Positions 38,230 to 49,074 of a DNA stretch of 64,000 nt are shown here, one piece after another. Where the stretch lies: NCBI GenBank assembly GCA_963770835.1, contig CAVYRH010000004.1, forward strand, positions 192,001-256,000. The letters run 5' to 3'. The DNA comes from an uncultured Pseudomonadota bacterium (lineage in GTDB: Bacteria; Oederibacteriota; Muellerivitia; Muellerivitales; Muellerivitaceae). The notes under the pieces were generated by a model. The model was not told the DNA's origin. It ran no database searches and saw nothing but the letters and a program-made list of their open reading frames with translations. Position numbers and translations under genes: made by a program. Every line of letters begins with the position of its first letter. The stretch's first letter is position 1.

Positions 38230-39822
38230 TCAATTTGGGGAAGGATTACCAAGGGATATCCCTTCCCGGTTCAGGCGGCCGTTTTTCAAGATGAAAAAAT
38301 AGAATCCGTCATGGGCTTCGGGCCCGTCCCAAGGTTTGTAATTTTTTTCCATCCAGGGGCGCAAAGGTGTTTCCATCCAAAACCGAAGGTCTTCCCGCGA
38401 GGAAGGCTTGCCGACCACGAAAACCTCGGGTGGTGAGGCTTGTAGTTGTCCCAGAGTTTTAAGAGTGTAGTTCTGCCGGTGAGGGCCCTCGTAAAGGGGA
38501 GCGGAATAAAAGATCCCAGGGACCGGATCATGGCCACTGTAAAAATAAAGCTCTGTGGCCCATCCCCATTGGTAGAAGGATTCCCCGGGTTTCAGAAGGG
38601 TTCCCAAGCGCTCTCCCCACTCCCGTGTTTGGATGCATGAGGGCCCGCCAAACTTGGCGATGGACCATTCTTCTGCCGAGTGACGGTAAAAGGGGCCCTC
38701 GTGAAAGGCCAGCCAACCCAGCAGGATCAGCCCCGGAAGGAAACGCCAACGTCTCGAACGAAGGAAGGCGGATTTTTCCAACCCGGCGACGGCCCAGGCC
38801 GCCCCTAGTATTACCGGCGGGAAATACAGTTGGTAGTGGTGGGAATAATAAAAACCCGACGCGACCACCATCGCCAAGCTGGAAAGGGTTAAGGCTGTCC
38901 AAAGGGACCATGTAAACCGGTGAAGGCTTTTGGAAAGAAAATACAATGCCACCCCCCAAGCGAAAATTCCCAATGGCCAAAGAAAGGCGGTACAAACAGG
39001 AAAGAGATCGGACAGTCCCAACTGGCTAAGATGGCTCCAACTGGTCTGGGAAACCCAAAATCGGTTAAAATCCACTAAAATCCAAACCATATCCCGGAGC
39101 CTTCCCTGGACCAGGAAATAACCCAGAAGAAGGGCCCAAACCAGGGCTACCGCCGAAAAAACCTCCGCCATTTGGAGGACCGCCTGTCGGCGAAAAGCCG
39201 GGTTCCGCCACGAGTGGAGGACATGGGTCAGGCCCAGGAGAGGGAGGGTGATCAGGAGCGGTTGCTTGATAAAACTTCCTAAGGCGAAAAGAAGACCGAT
39301 TCCCGCCGCACGGTAAAGCCGTGGGGAATCGGGCTTTAACCCCAGCCAAAGCCAGAAAGCGGCCATCAGGAATAAATTCATGAGCAATTCGGTGCTGGGT
39401 TGGTTGGCTTGAAGAAAAGGGTCGCCTGAAACGATCGCGAAGAACAATGCGGCCCAAAGTCCCGCCCGTTGGCCGAAACCTCCAGCGGACCCCGCGAAAA
39501 AAAAAGCACAGAGAAGCACCATGGAGGCAGTCAGGTTGAGCGCAAAGATGCCAGAGGGTCCGTAACCGGCCAGCATTTCACCTACCGCATAGGCCGCATA
39601 CAAACCGGGGGGCTTGTTGTCCCAAAGGTCGCTGTAGAGGTCTCGGCCTTGGAGCATTTCATGGGCGGCGACCGCATAGGTTGCCAGGTCCGTCTCCAGG
39701 GGTTCGGAATAGGTATGAAGCCGCTCAAAGAAAATAAGGAGTCCCGCCGCCAGGAGGACCAAGGGAATCACCCATTTTTCAAAGGGGGCTGGAAAAGGAA
39801 TGAAACCTCCTTTTTTTTTCAC
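38230..39822 (-). CDS. GT-C fold (GT39/ArnT-like) membrane glycosyltransferase
   Basis: DLATYAVAAHEMLQGRDLYSDLWDNKPPG loop, TE, KQ, YSHHY motifs, multiple TM helices. Confidence 0.8.
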   Translation of the reverse strand: MKKKGGFIPFPAPFEKWVIPLVLLAAGLLIFFERLHTYSEPLETDLATYAVAAHEMLQGRDLYSDLWDNKPPGLYAAYAVGEMLAGYGPSGIFALNLTASMVLLCAFFFAGSAGGFGQRAGLWAALFFAIVSGDPFLQANQPSTELLMNLFLMAAFWLWLGLKPDSPRLYRAAGIGLLFALGSFIKQPLLITLPLLGLTHVLHSWRNPAFRRQAVLQMAEVFSAVALVWALLLGYFLVQGRLRDMVWILVDFNRFWVSQTSWSHLSQLGLSDLFPVCTAFLWPLGIFAWGVALYFLSKSLHRFTWSLWTALTLSSLAMVVASGFYYSHHYQLYFPPVILGAAWAVAGLEKSAFLRSRRWRFLPGLILLGWLAFHEGPFYRHSAEEWSIAKFGGPSCIQTREWGERLGTLLKPGESFYQWGWATELYFYSGHDPVPGIFYSAPLYEGPHRQNYTLKTLGQLQASPPEVFVVGKPSSREDLRFWMETPLRPWMEKNYKPWDGPEAHDGFYFFILKNGRLNREGISLGNPSPN

Positions 39823-39896
39823 TGCCCTAGTTTATTCCCAAAATAAGTCGATTCAAGAATTATAAACCTGCAGATTTGGGGTGAAGGGGAGGATTT

Positions 39897-41621
39897 TTAA
39901 AGGGCGCGGGGGATGGTGAGGGTGAAACAGCTTCCCTTGTCCGGCGCCGTGGTGGCGGTAATGTCCCCGCCCTGGGATTTCATGAAATGCTTGGCCACAT
40001 AAAGCCCCAAACCCGCCCCCGAGCGGCCCGCTTCCTCGCCTAAGACCCGTTTTTGGGTGAAAAGCTGGGCCAAGGCGGCCTCGCTGATGCCCCGGCCGGT
40101 GTCCCGGACCTTCAAAAGAACCACCCGGTCCTTTACCTCTGCGGTGAGGGTGATGCCGCCCTTGTCGGTGAACTTGACGGAGTTATTCAGCAGATTGCGC
40201 AGGGTTTCCACCAGCTTGTCCCGGTCCGCCAGGACGTCGGGGCAGGTGGAAAGGCCCTCCAGCTTGAGGGTGAGGCCCTTGCGGGCCATGATGTCCTCGT
40301 AATCCCGGAGGGCCAAAGCCACGATTTCCATCAGGGCCTGTTTTTCCAAAACGGCCTCGGTCAGGCCGCGTTCGATTTTGGAGAGGTTCAGGAAGTCCGA
40401 GATCAGCCGGTAGTTGTTCATGCCGATTTCCCGCATGTCCATCAGGTAATCGGACTGTTTGGGGGACAGCTCGCCAGCCAGGCCTTCCAGCATATTCTCG
40501 ATGTAACCGTTGATCTCGCCCACGGGGGTTTTCAGCTGGTGGGAGGCCACCGAGATGAGGCTTTGTTTCATTTCCTCCACGTGGCGGCGCTCGGTGATGT
40601 CGCTGAAGATGGCCAGGGCATATTGGAGCTCGCCCTTCATGCCCACGACCGGTGTGCCCCAGATCTGCAGGGGGATAATGCGCCCGTCCGGGAGGTGGAT
40701 CTCCAGGTCCTCGATGGAGGATTTCTCCCCCTTGAGGGCTTTTCCGATGGGGATTTCACCGGCAGGGTAAGGTTCATCCGTGCCCGCCCGGAAAGCCTTG
40801 AAAAGCGCGCTCAATTGGCTGGGATCGGTTGATTGGACGATGCCCCGGCCCAAAAGTTCCCGGGCCTTCTGGTTGGCATAAAAGGGCTGCCCGTCCTTGT
40901 CCAGGACGAAGATCCCCAGGGGCACGGCCTCCAGGAATTGGAAAAGCCGGTATTCGTTGAGCTGCAGCATTTCCTGCGCCCTTTCCCTTTTTTGGATCTC
41001 CCGCCGCAGGGCCAGGAGCATTCCAAAGGCAAAAAGGATGGAAGTGACCCCCCCGAATATGAGGATTTCCAGGGCTAGGTGGGCGTTGGCATCCTCCTCT
41101 TCCCGGCGTTTCACCAGAAGGTTTTGTTCCTCCACAATCATTTGGGAAGTGAGCTTGTCGATGGTTTCGTTGATTTGGAGGTTCTGGGGGTCCTTGAAGC
41201 GGGACATTGTCTCCGCAAAACCCTTGGCCCCGCCGGTTTGGAGGAGAGCTGCATTGTCCAGGCGATTTTGAAGCAGGGGGATCAGTTTTTTGAAGTTTTC
41301 CTTCTGCTGGGGATTGTCCGAGGTCATTTTCTGGGTTTCTAAGGTCTCGGGCATTACCAGGTTCATGCTGGCTTGGGCGGATTTCAAGAAAACGGAGTTT
41401 TTGGAAATCATGTAGGCCCGGTAGGCGGACTGGGCCTTCTTCAAATCCGCGTCGAACTTGTGAATGTGGGAAATTACGTCGGTGGTGTGGTCCACCAGGA
41501 TGTCGCTGTCCAGCATGCGGTTGATGCTGACATAGGAAATTGTCCCGAGTCCCAGGATGACCGCGGTCAGGATTCCGAAGCCGAGGTAAAGTTTTCTTTT
41601 AAAGGGGAGGGCCATGGGCAT
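39897..41621 (-). CDS. Sensor histidine kinase (CHASE3 - PAS - HisKA - HATPase)
   Basis: TM-periplasmic helical domain-TM; PAS; SHQLKTP H-box; NLLNNSVKFT, DTGRGI, GAGLGL. Confidence 0.9.
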   Translation of the reverse strand: MPMALPFKRKLYLGFGILTAVILGLGTISYVSINRMLDSDILVDHTTDVISHIHKFDADLKKAQSAYRAYMISKNSVFLKSAQASMNLVMPETLETQKMTSDNPQQKENFKKLIPLLQNRLDNAALLQTGGAKGFAETMSRFKDPQNLQINETIDKLTSQMIVEEQNLLVKRREEEDANAHLALEILIFGGVTSILFAFGMLLALRREIQKRERAQEMLQLNEYRLFQFLEAVPLGIFVLDKDGQPFYANQKARELLGRGIVQSTDPSQLSALFKAFRAGTDEPYPAGEIPIGKALKGEKSSIEDLEIHLPDGRIIPLQIWGTPVVGMKGELQYALAIFSDITERRHVEEMKQSLISVASHQLKTPVGEINGYIENMLEGLAGELSPKQSDYLMDMREIGMNNYRLISDFLNLSKIERGLTEAVLEKQALMEIVALALRDYEDIMARKGLTLKLEGLSTCPDVLADRDKLVETLRNLLNNSVKFTDKGGITLTAEVKDRVVLLKVRDTGRGISEAALAQLFTQKRVLGEEAGRSGAGLGLYVAKHFMKSQGGDITATTAPDKGSCFTLTIPRAL

Positions 41622-41636
41622 TCGCAGTTGGAGCGC

Positions 41637-41966
41637 TTATTTTTCCTTCACGACAGCGGCCGTCCCATAGCATAGCACCTCGGTGATGCCCTGCATGATC
41701 TCCGTGGCGTCGTAACGCACACCGATAACCGCGTTGGCGCCCAGCTGTTCGGCGTGTTCCACCATCATTTCAAAGGCTTCCTCCCGCGCCTTTTCGCAAA
41801 GGCTGGTGAAGATGGTGATGTTGCCCCCGAAAAAGGCCTGGATGCCCGCGCCGAAGTTGCCGATGACCGAGCGGGACCTTACCGTGATGCCCCGCACCAC
41901 GCCCAAGTTTTTCGCGACCTTGAAGCCTTCCAGCTCGAAAACGGTGGTCGTCATGTCGTGTTTCAT
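41637..41966 (-). CDS. YbjQ/UPF0145 family protein
   Basis: [42 protein letters not shown]. Confidence 0.9.
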   Translation of the reverse strand: MKHDMTTTVFELEGFKVAKNLGVVRGITVRSRSVIGNFGAGIQAFFGGNITIFTSLCEKAREEAFEMMVEHAEQLGANAVIGVRYDATEIMQGITEVLCYGTAAVVKEK

Positions 41967-42042
41967 GGAACCCTCCCCCATAAAGATGGGCCATGATAGT
42001 ACAAACGGCAATCGCCATCCGACAGCAAAATGTTCAAAAATC

Positions 42043-43791
42043 CTAAATCTGGATGATTTTATTTTTCCGATCCAGGTAGTCCTTCAAAACGTACTGGGTC
42101 AGCTTGTCCGGGGCGGGATAGATGAGGCGGCCCTTGTTGACGCGGTGCATCTTCTCCAGGAACTCTCCCTCGCCGAAATAGCCCGTGTCGTACTCATTGC
42201 CCATCATGAAGGTGTTGATGGTGATGTTCTCGTCGGTGACGGCCTTTACCTCCCGCAAAGTGCGTTGGTAGGTGCGCTCATTGGGAGGATAAGTGAGGTA
42301 CAGGAAGGAACCGTCATAAAAGGCCGTGGGGGCGCCGTCGGTGATTAAGAGGATGCTGCGGTTCTTGGTGTCGGAATTGGCCAGGAGAACCCGGGCCAGT
42401 TCCAGCCCCTTCTGCAAGTTCGTGAAATGCTCGGGGATCATGTCCCGGCTACGCTGGTCGACTTCCCTGGAAAAATCCACGCGCATATTGATCGCCCCGC
42501 CCATCACGCTGATGGGCTTGGGGGCAAGCTCCGGGATGGCGCCCACGGAGACCTGTTTGGCGAAGGTGGAAAAGCACACGAAGTACAGTTTGTCCTCGGG
42601 ATACTCGGTGCGGATGAGGGCGTCCAGCGCCAGGGCCAGCTTCTTGGCGTTGTAAAAGCGGCCAAAGCGGGCCATGGAGCCCGACTGGTCGATGAGCATG
42701 ACGATGGCCGAGGAGGCCGCGCCCTTGGTCTGGTGCACCATGAAGTCCCGGCTGTCGATCTGGATGCGGCCCTGGGCGCCCCCGCCGGGCGCGCCCGCCT
42801 GCCGGATGGCGGAGTTCAGGAGGCTGGAGGGCAAGTCCAGGTTGGTCAGGGAATCCCCGAACTCGTAAGGCTTGGTGACCGTCATTTCCACGTTGCCGTC
42901 GCCCGTGTAGGTGGCGTGGTGGCGGCCCAGGCCGTCGGTGAAGAGGCGGGAGAAGACCTCCTTAAGCGCCTTCTCGCCGATCTTGCGGGCGGCCCCGGGC
43001 GTGATCTTGTAGATGTCCGTCTCCTCGTCGTAATCCACGTCGCCGGTGGCCTTCAGGGCCTCGGTAAACTGTTGCCGAAGTTCGTCGCGTTTGGCGGCCA
43101 GGGCCTGGGCCGCTTCCTTGCCCAGGATCTGCTCCAAGGTCTCCACTTCCATATTGAAGAGGTCGCCATATTCCAGGGCGTCCTTCAACTGCTGTTCCAG
43201 GGATTCCAGGGCATCCAACTTTTCCTTCATCCGCTCCGCTTCCGGCGGGGTGGGGGTTTTGGGGCCCGTGAAATCGTGGCGGTTGTAAAGCTCCGAGAGG
43301 GAATTCATGCTTTGGACGAGGTAGTTCAACTGTTGCAGGAGCTCGCGGGCCTTATCGGCGGTGTCGTTCCGCAAGCGGGAAAGCTGCCAGTCGAGGGTGT
43401 AGAGGGCGGAGGGGTTGCGGGTTTGAAGGGCCTCCTCCAGCTTGCGGGAGAGGTCCTTGTCCTTCAGCTTGGCGGCCAACTGTTCCAGCTCCATACTTTT
43501 GCGGCGGATTTCCTGTTCCAACTCGTTCAAGAGCTTGTCTAGGCGGTAACCCTCGAGGATCTCCTTCTTCTGCTTCTCCAGTTCGTCCAGGTAACCCTTA
43601 ATCAGGTCTTCCAGGCCGCTGGTTTTGAGGAACTGGTTGTAGGGGATTCCCTTTTCCTGCAGGTGCCGCAGGGCCTCGTCGAAGGTGACGTGGTACTGCA
43701 TCATCAGTTCCTTCACGGCGTTGACCAGGTCCTCAATCGTGAAAGGGGGTTTTTCGGGTTCGTGCCATTCGGAATAATCGTGGGTGATCAT
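42043..43791 (-). CDS. VWA-domain protein (partner of the AAA+ ATPase)
   Basis: Long helical N-region; [33 protein letters not shown]. Confidence 0.85.
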   Translation of the reverse strand: MITHDYSEWHEPEKPPFTIEDLVNAVKELMMQYHVTFDEALRHLQEKGIPYNQFLKTSGLEDLIKGYLDELEKQKKEILEGYRLDKLLNELEQEIRRKSMELEQLAAKLKDKDLSRKLEEALQTRNPSALYTLDWQLSRLRNDTADKARELLQQLNYLVQSMNSLSELYNRHDFTGPKTPTPPEAERMKEKLDALESLEQQLKDALEYGDLFNMEVETLEQILGKEAAQALAAKRDELRQQFTEALKATGDVDYDEETDIYKITPGAARKIGEKALKEVFSRLFTDGLGRHHATYTGDGNVEMTVTKPYEFGDSLTNLDLPSSLLNSAIRQAGAPGGGAQGRIQIDSRDFMVHQTKGAASSAIVMLIDQSGSMARFGRFYNAKKLALALDALIRTEYPEDKLYFVCFSTFAKQVSVGAIPELAPKPISVMGGAINMRVDFSREVDQRSRDMIPEHFTNLQKGLELARVLLANSDTKNRSILLITDGAPTAFYDGSFLYLTYPPNERTYQRTLREVKAVTDENITINTFMMGNEYDTGYFGEGEFLEKMHRVNKGRLIYPAPDKLTQYVLKDYLDRKNKIIQI

Positions 43792-43811
43792 GACAACCTC
43801 AAAACCAGTTG

Positions 43812-43914
43812 AACCACCAAGGCACCAAGACACCAAGAACAGCAAAAGATAAGATGAATCTTGGAATGTTTAACCATTTTAAGTCTTTCTTGGTGACTTG
43901 GTTTCTTGGTGGTT
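43812..43914. repeat. Intergenic palindrome built from CACCAAG repeats
   Basis: AACCACCAAGGCACCAAGACACCAAGAA ... TTCTTGGTGACTTGGTTTCTTGGTGGTT. Confidence 0.65.
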
Positions 43915-45337
43915 AACTCTTCTTTTTGGGTGTGCCGGATGTCTGGTAATCCATCATCTCCCCCACTTTAGTGCGGGAAAGCCGGCCCGAGAGGTGCAAC
44001 CCCTCGAGCACGAATTCCACGCAGGAAGCCTGGTAGGCCTCCCCGTTCTTGCCGGTCAAATGGTGCACGGGCTCCCAAATTTGCGGCAATTGGGAAATGA
44101 CGTTCTTGTAGTCGGAGGAAGGCGTCAGTTCCGAAATCCGCACGTGCTTTTCGCCGCTCAGGTCGGGGGCGGTCAACTCCAAATGGCCCTTTTCCATATA
44201 TTCCTTAAAGACCTGGGCCACGGCTTTGTCCATGATCTTGCCGAAAACCTGGAACTCGGTGACGGTCTCCTCGCGGAAGGGGTCCAACTCGATCTTGCCC
44301 GCCGAGGAGGTGTAAAGGTAGTTCAGGTCCGACATGCGGGGAACGGCCTCGGCCTCCCCCAGGATGACGGCGCGACGGCGGGAGTTGGCGATCATGGTCT
44401 CGTAGTTGGCGATGGAAAGCCGGGCCGACACGCCCGACTTCTGGTTCACATAGGGGCTCTTGCGCGCCTCCATGGTGATCTGCTCGATAATGTCGGTCAT
44501 GAAATCGGGCACACAAAGCTTGATCTCCCCGTCGGCTGGCACGCGGGCTTCCTGTTGGATGATCTTGATACCCAACTCCCGCGTGAGGGGGTAGTGGGTG
44601 CGGATTTCGGCGCCGATACGGTCCTTTAACTGGGTGATGATCTTGCCCGCCCGGGTGTACTCCTCCGGGTTGGCGGTGAAAAGGAGGATCAAGTCCAGGT
44701 CGAAGCGGATGGGATAGCCCCGCACTTGGATGTCGCGTTCCTCCAGGATATTAAAAAGGGCCACCTGTACCAGGTATTCCAGGTCGGGAAGCTCGTTCAC
44801 GGCGAAGATGCCCCGGTTCATGCGGGGGATCAGGCCGAAATGGATGGCTTCCTCGGAAGCCAGGGGGTTCCCAGCCGCCACCTTGGCGGGGTCCAGGTCG
44901 CCGATCAGGTCCGCGATCTTGGTGCCGGGGGAAAGGCGCTCGCCGTAGCGTGCCTCCCGGCCGATCCATTCGATTTCCAGGTTGTCCCCGTGCTCGGCCA
45001 GCTTTTTGCGGCAGGCCGCGCAAATGGGGTGGTAGGGATGGTCGTGGATCTCACAGCCCCGCACGATGGGCATTTCCTCGTCCAAAAACCGCACCAGCGA
45101 CCGCATGAGGCGGCTCTTGGCCTGGCCCTTTTCCCCCAGGAGCACGATGTCGTGGTGGGAAAGCACCGCGTTAGTCAGCTGGGGAACGACGGTCTCCTCG
45201 AACCCATGGATTTGGGGAAAAAGGGGCTCGCCGGAGCGCAGTTGCTTGAGGACGTTGCGCTCCAGCTCTTCTTTCACGGAGAAATCGGCATAGCCGGAAG
45301 CGCGCAATTCTTTTAGATTCGTCGGTTTGGACGGCAT
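43913..45337 (-). CDS. AAA+ ATPase, Mg-chelatase ChlI-like (Rv0958-like)
   Basis: GEKGQAKS Walker A, FAVNELPDL Walker B, TANPEEYT.AGKIITQLKDR, SGVSAR. Confidence 0.85.
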   Translation of the reverse strand: MPSKPTNLKELRASGYADFSVKEELERNVLKQLRSGEPLFPQIHGFEETVVPQLTNAVLSHHDIVLLGEKGQAKSRLMRSLVRFLDEEMPIVRGCEIHDHPYHPICAACRKKLAEHGDNLEIEWIGREARYGERLSPGTKIADLIGDLDPAKVAAGNPLASEEAIHFGLIPRMNRGIFAVNELPDLEYLVQVALFNILEERDIQVRGYPIRFDLDLILLFTANPEEYTRAGKIITQLKDRIGAEIRTHYPLTRELGIKIIQQEARVPADGEIKLCVPDFMTDIIEQITMEARKSPYVNQKSGVSARLSIANYETMIANSRRRAVILGEAEAVPRMSDLNYLYTSSAGKIELDPFREETVTEFQVFGKIMDKAVAQVFKEYMEKGHLELTAPDLSGEKHVRISELTPSSDYKNVISQLPQIWEPVHHLTGKNGEAYQASCVEFVLEGLHLSGRLSRTKVGEMMDYQTSGTPKKKS

Positions 45338-45445
45338 AGGTTCCTTCAATCGAGGGTGGAAATAAAGCCAAAAACCTTTTGAACAGCAAGGCCCAACCGC
45401 AACCTTTTTATCTTACGGGCTGGAAAGCATCCGAAGCAAGGGCCC

Positions 45446-47275
45446 TCAGGGAATCACCCCCGCGGCCCGATAAACCCTCCAGATGCCGGTTAAGGAGGGA
45501 TGGCCGTTTGAAGGGCAGTCTTGGAAATGCCTCAGGCGAAGGCCCGTGAAAGCCAGGGGGGAGGAATTCCGAAGGACGGCGGAGTTGATTTCCAGGACGA
45601 TACCCGATTTCCGGAACAAAAGGGAAGGATCGCGGGAAAGATAGTAGCGGTGGAAGGCTCCGTTAAAGTAAGAGAAGGCCACGGGCCTTTCGCCCGCGCT
45701 TTTATCCACAATCTCGGAGGCCGCCTGGGCGATCCGGGTGAAATGGTCGGGAAAGGAAAGCGGGTCGGCGGCCAATCCCAATTCGGGATAATTTTTTTCG
45801 GTTTGGGCCACGCCCCAGGTTTCAAACAAGGTGAAGGACGGGATCATTTTAACGTCCGGCCGCTGGCCAAGCACCTCCCGCAGGTAGTACAAGGAAAAAT
45901 AATCCTCATCCCCTTCGGCGAAAAAAACGGAATTCCGGGGAATGGACTTCAAAAGATTTTCGCCGTAATCATAGGCGAGGGTTTGTTTTTCCTGGCTTAC
46001 CCTGCCCCAACCCTGGATCACCATCAGGCATGGCACCAAGACCAGGACCCAAAGAAAAGAAGGCCTTGGCCGGGTGGAAGTGGTAAGGAGGGATGCCAGG
46101 AAGAGAATACCCGCTCCGGTGAGGAAGGCCGTCATCCAGTTGAGGGGCAAAAGGAAGTTGTCCAAAATCCATTTTTGATCGGGGTCGTCCTGGATAAAAA
46201 GGGTGGAAAGGAGCGCCAAAAGGAGGACTAAGACGGAAGCCAGGAGGAACAAAAGGATTTTCCTTTCCCCGGACCGCCACCAGGCCCAGGCGCCCAGAAT
46301 GGCGAACATGAGGGCGATGAGCCCCATATCCTCCCAGAGGTGGGAGGGAATGTGGGAAACCTGGGCCCGGCCGATGAGGCCTAAAAGATGAAAGAACTGC
46401 CCGGGTGAGGAAGTGCCGTCAAACACGTGGACCAGTACTCCCCAGATCCCCACTTCGCGGTCGGCCACGTAATGCCGCGACAGGTCGGCGGCGAAATTGC
46501 CCCAAGTGTCGGGAGCGCCCAGGTTGAGGACGGGATGGAGGTGAGCCCGCAAGGGCAGGTAGAGAAGGGGTGAGACGCCCAGGAGAAGAAAAACCAGGGA
46601 GCGGGCCAAGGGGGGAACGAGACGTTGGAGTTTGAAAGGCTTGGCAATCGAAAGGAAAAAGAAAACCAAAAGGCCAGGCAGCAATAGGGCCTGGGTTTCC
46701 CAATGGTTGGAAAGGCCCAAACCCACCAGGAAAACGCTAAGGAGCGGCCACCGATATTTCCGTGAAGCCGAACTTTCAAAACGAATCAGACAACCCAGCA
46801 GGGCCAGGCAAAGACAAGCCGCCAGCAGGTAAATGCCCCCTTTGGCCCCCAGGGCGTTGCGCCAAAAAGTAGGGGAGAAGGCCAAAAAGAGGGGGGCAAG
46901 GCAGGCGGCCCCAAGGGTCCATCCTTTTGCCGGGGAATCCTTTTGAATCAAGGGGAGAAAAGCCAGGAGGTTCGCCGCCAAAAAGCAAACCGCCAGGGAG
47001 GCCAGGAAGGCGGAAATCAAATTGATTCGGAAGGAAGGGCATCCCAGGGGAAGAAAGCCTGGAATCCTCATCAGCAAGGCGGCCAAGGCATAGCCGGGGG
47101 GATGCTGGAGACCAAGGGTGATACCGGCCGTAACCGTCTCGGCCGAATCGTCATTGGGGAAGGCGGGATTGAGGGTGAGAAGGTTAACCCCGAAGCAAGC
47201 CAGGAAAAGAACCGCAAGCCACAACCCCGGGTCAGTCCCAGAACCCTTTTTTCTATTTGGAAGCTGCTGTTTCAA
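45446..47275 (-). CDS. DUF2723 / TMEM260-like GT-C protein O-mannosyltransferase candidate
   Basis: DDSAE...LGLQHPPGY, RINLISA, LSNH, LYLPLRA..P..N.G.P, GDEDYF.L.Y...V...RPDV. Confidence 0.82.
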   Translation of the reverse strand: MKQQLPNRKKGSGTDPGLWLAVLFLACFGVNLLTLNPAFPNDDSAETVTAGITLGLQHPPGYALAALLMRIPGFLPLGCPSFRINLISAFLASLAVCFLAANLLAFLPLIQKDSPAKGWTLGAACLAPLFLAFSPTFWRNALGAKGGIYLLAACLCLALLGCLIRFESSASRKYRWPLLSVFLVGLGLSNHWETQALLLPGLLVFFFLSIAKPFKLQRLVPPLARSLVFLLLGVSPLLYLPLRAHLHPVLNLGAPDTWGNFAADLSRHYVADREVGIWGVLVHVFDGTSSPGQFFHLLGLIGRAQVSHIPSHLWEDMGLIALMFAILGAWAWWRSGERKILLFLLASVLVLLLALLSTLFIQDDPDQKWILDNFLLPLNWMTAFLTGAGILFLASLLTTSTRPRPSFLWVLVLVPCLMVIQGWGRVSQEKQTLAYDYGENLLKSIPRNSVFFAEGDEDYFSLYYLREVLGQRPDVKMIPSFTLFETWGVAQTEKNYPELGLAADPLSFPDHFTRIAQAASEIVDKSAGERPVAFSYFNGAFHRYYLSRDPSLLFRKSGIVLEINSAVLRNSSPLAFTGLRLRHFQDCPSNGHPSLTGIWRVYRAAGVIP

Positions 47276-47433
47276 AAGGCCGCCTTGTTTGGAAATCCAA
47301 GGCCATTATAAACGTTGGAAAGGGCCAGCCGGTTTTTGATCCAAGGGAGGGTTGAAAAAAGGCGAATCTTCCCTGAGATTCAGTTAAAATAACTTTATTC
47401 CCTTCAACGACACAATTTCTTCAAAGAGACCCC

Positions 47434-49048
47434 ATGCCCGACCTGATTGAGACCCCAAGACAGGCTTTTCTTTCCGCCGAGCCTAAAGTGACCCTGGTCA
47501 ACAGCTTCGCCCGGCCCTTCGACAACGCCGTGGCCACGGCCCGTACCTGTTATTCCAGCAAGGGTATCATCACCGCCGAGCAGGTGGCGGGGGAAGGGCT
47601 GGACGAGGAGAAGCGCGAGGAACGCCGCCAAAAACGCGACGATCTGGCCCGGTCCATCTACAAGGCGGGCCACCACACCACCCTGCAGCACGCCCATTTC
47701 CAGTTCGCCCTGGAGAACGTCTCCCGGCAGTTCATCTGGAGTTTCCTGCACAGCCATCCCTTCTACAACTCCGAGCAGGTGTCCCAGCGCTACGTGACGG
47801 TCGACCCCACTCAGATTGGCCATGCCCCCCTTGTCGCGGGAGGCGGCCAAGGTCTACCAGTGCAGCCGTTGCCTTCCAGACCCAAGCCTATCAGGACCTC
47901 ACCGAAAACCTGAAGCCGCTGGTGGAGCGGGAATACCTGGCGCGGTTCAAGCACGCGGACCCCAAGGGCAAGAAGGTCGCTCGCTGGCGGTCCAGAAGAA
48001 ATCCCAGGAAGTGGCCCGGTACGTCTTGCCCGTGGCCACCTTCGCCTATCTTTACCACACGGTCTCCGGCCTGACCCTTTTGCGCTATTGGAGGCTTTGC
48101 CAGACCTTCGACGCGCCCCTGGAACAGCGGTTGGTCATCGGGAAGATGGTCGAGGAGGTTTTGAAGGAAGCGCCCGACTACAGGGCCATCCTGGAACAAC
48201 CGCTGGACTTTCGAATCCACTCCCGAAGCCCAGATGTACGAGAACCTTCCACGCCACCGCCGCCACCCATAAGGCTTTCCGGGAGGAGTTCGACGCCTCC
48301 CTGGAAGGGCGCACTTCCAAGCTGGTGGACTATTCCAAGGAAGGGGAGAAGATGCTGGCCTCCGCCGTGCGGGAAGTTTTCGGCCTGCCCTCCTCCGCCC
48401 TCTCGGATGACGAGGCCATCGCCCTGGCCCTGGACCCCGCCAAGAACAAGTACCTGGGCGAAACCCTGAACGTCACCACCCACAGCAAGCTTTCGCGGGC
48501 GCTCTTCCATCCCCATTACACCTTCCGCAAGAAGATCTCCCACACAGGGGATTCACAGGACCAGCGGCACCGCATGACGCCCGCTTCCCGGCCCATCCTG
48601 CACGCCCTGACCCTGGACGAGCCCGATTACCTTGTTCCGGTGCTGTTGAAGCAGGACACCGGCCCTGGAGAAGGAATACGGCGAGATCATGAACCGGACC
48701 TGGGAAGCCATCGGCCAACTGCGGAAGATGGGTGTTTCCGACGAGTTCGCGGCCTATCTGCTGCCCAACGCAGTGTCGGTGCGCTTCACCGAATCGGCGG
48801 ACCTCTTGAACCTGCACCACAAGCACGCCATGAGGCTTTGCTACAACGCCCAGGAAGAAATCTGGAAGGCCTCGGTGGACGAGGCCCAGCAGGTGCGGGA
48901 AGTCCACCCCCGCATCGGAAAGTGGCTCTTGCCGCCCTGTGGCCTAAGGGCCTTCGCGGGGACGCTCCCCAAGTGCCCCGAGGGCGACCGCTTCTGCGGC
49001 GTGGTGGTCTGGAAGAAGGATTTGAAGGAGTATCAGAGGGTCATTTAA
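47434..49048 (+). CDS. thyX: Tandem-domain FAD-dependent thymidylate synthase (ThyX-like), broken by about 6 frameshifts
   Basis: ARTCYS, GHHTTLQH..F...VSR, EQVSQRY, EVARYVLP; second domain QRHR, YLLPNA, RLCYNAQEEI; coding signal hops frames near 47817, 47862, 47985, 48212, 48242, 48661. Confidence 0.8.
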
Positions 49049-49074
49049 AGTCTTCGACGATCAGGAGGGACGGG

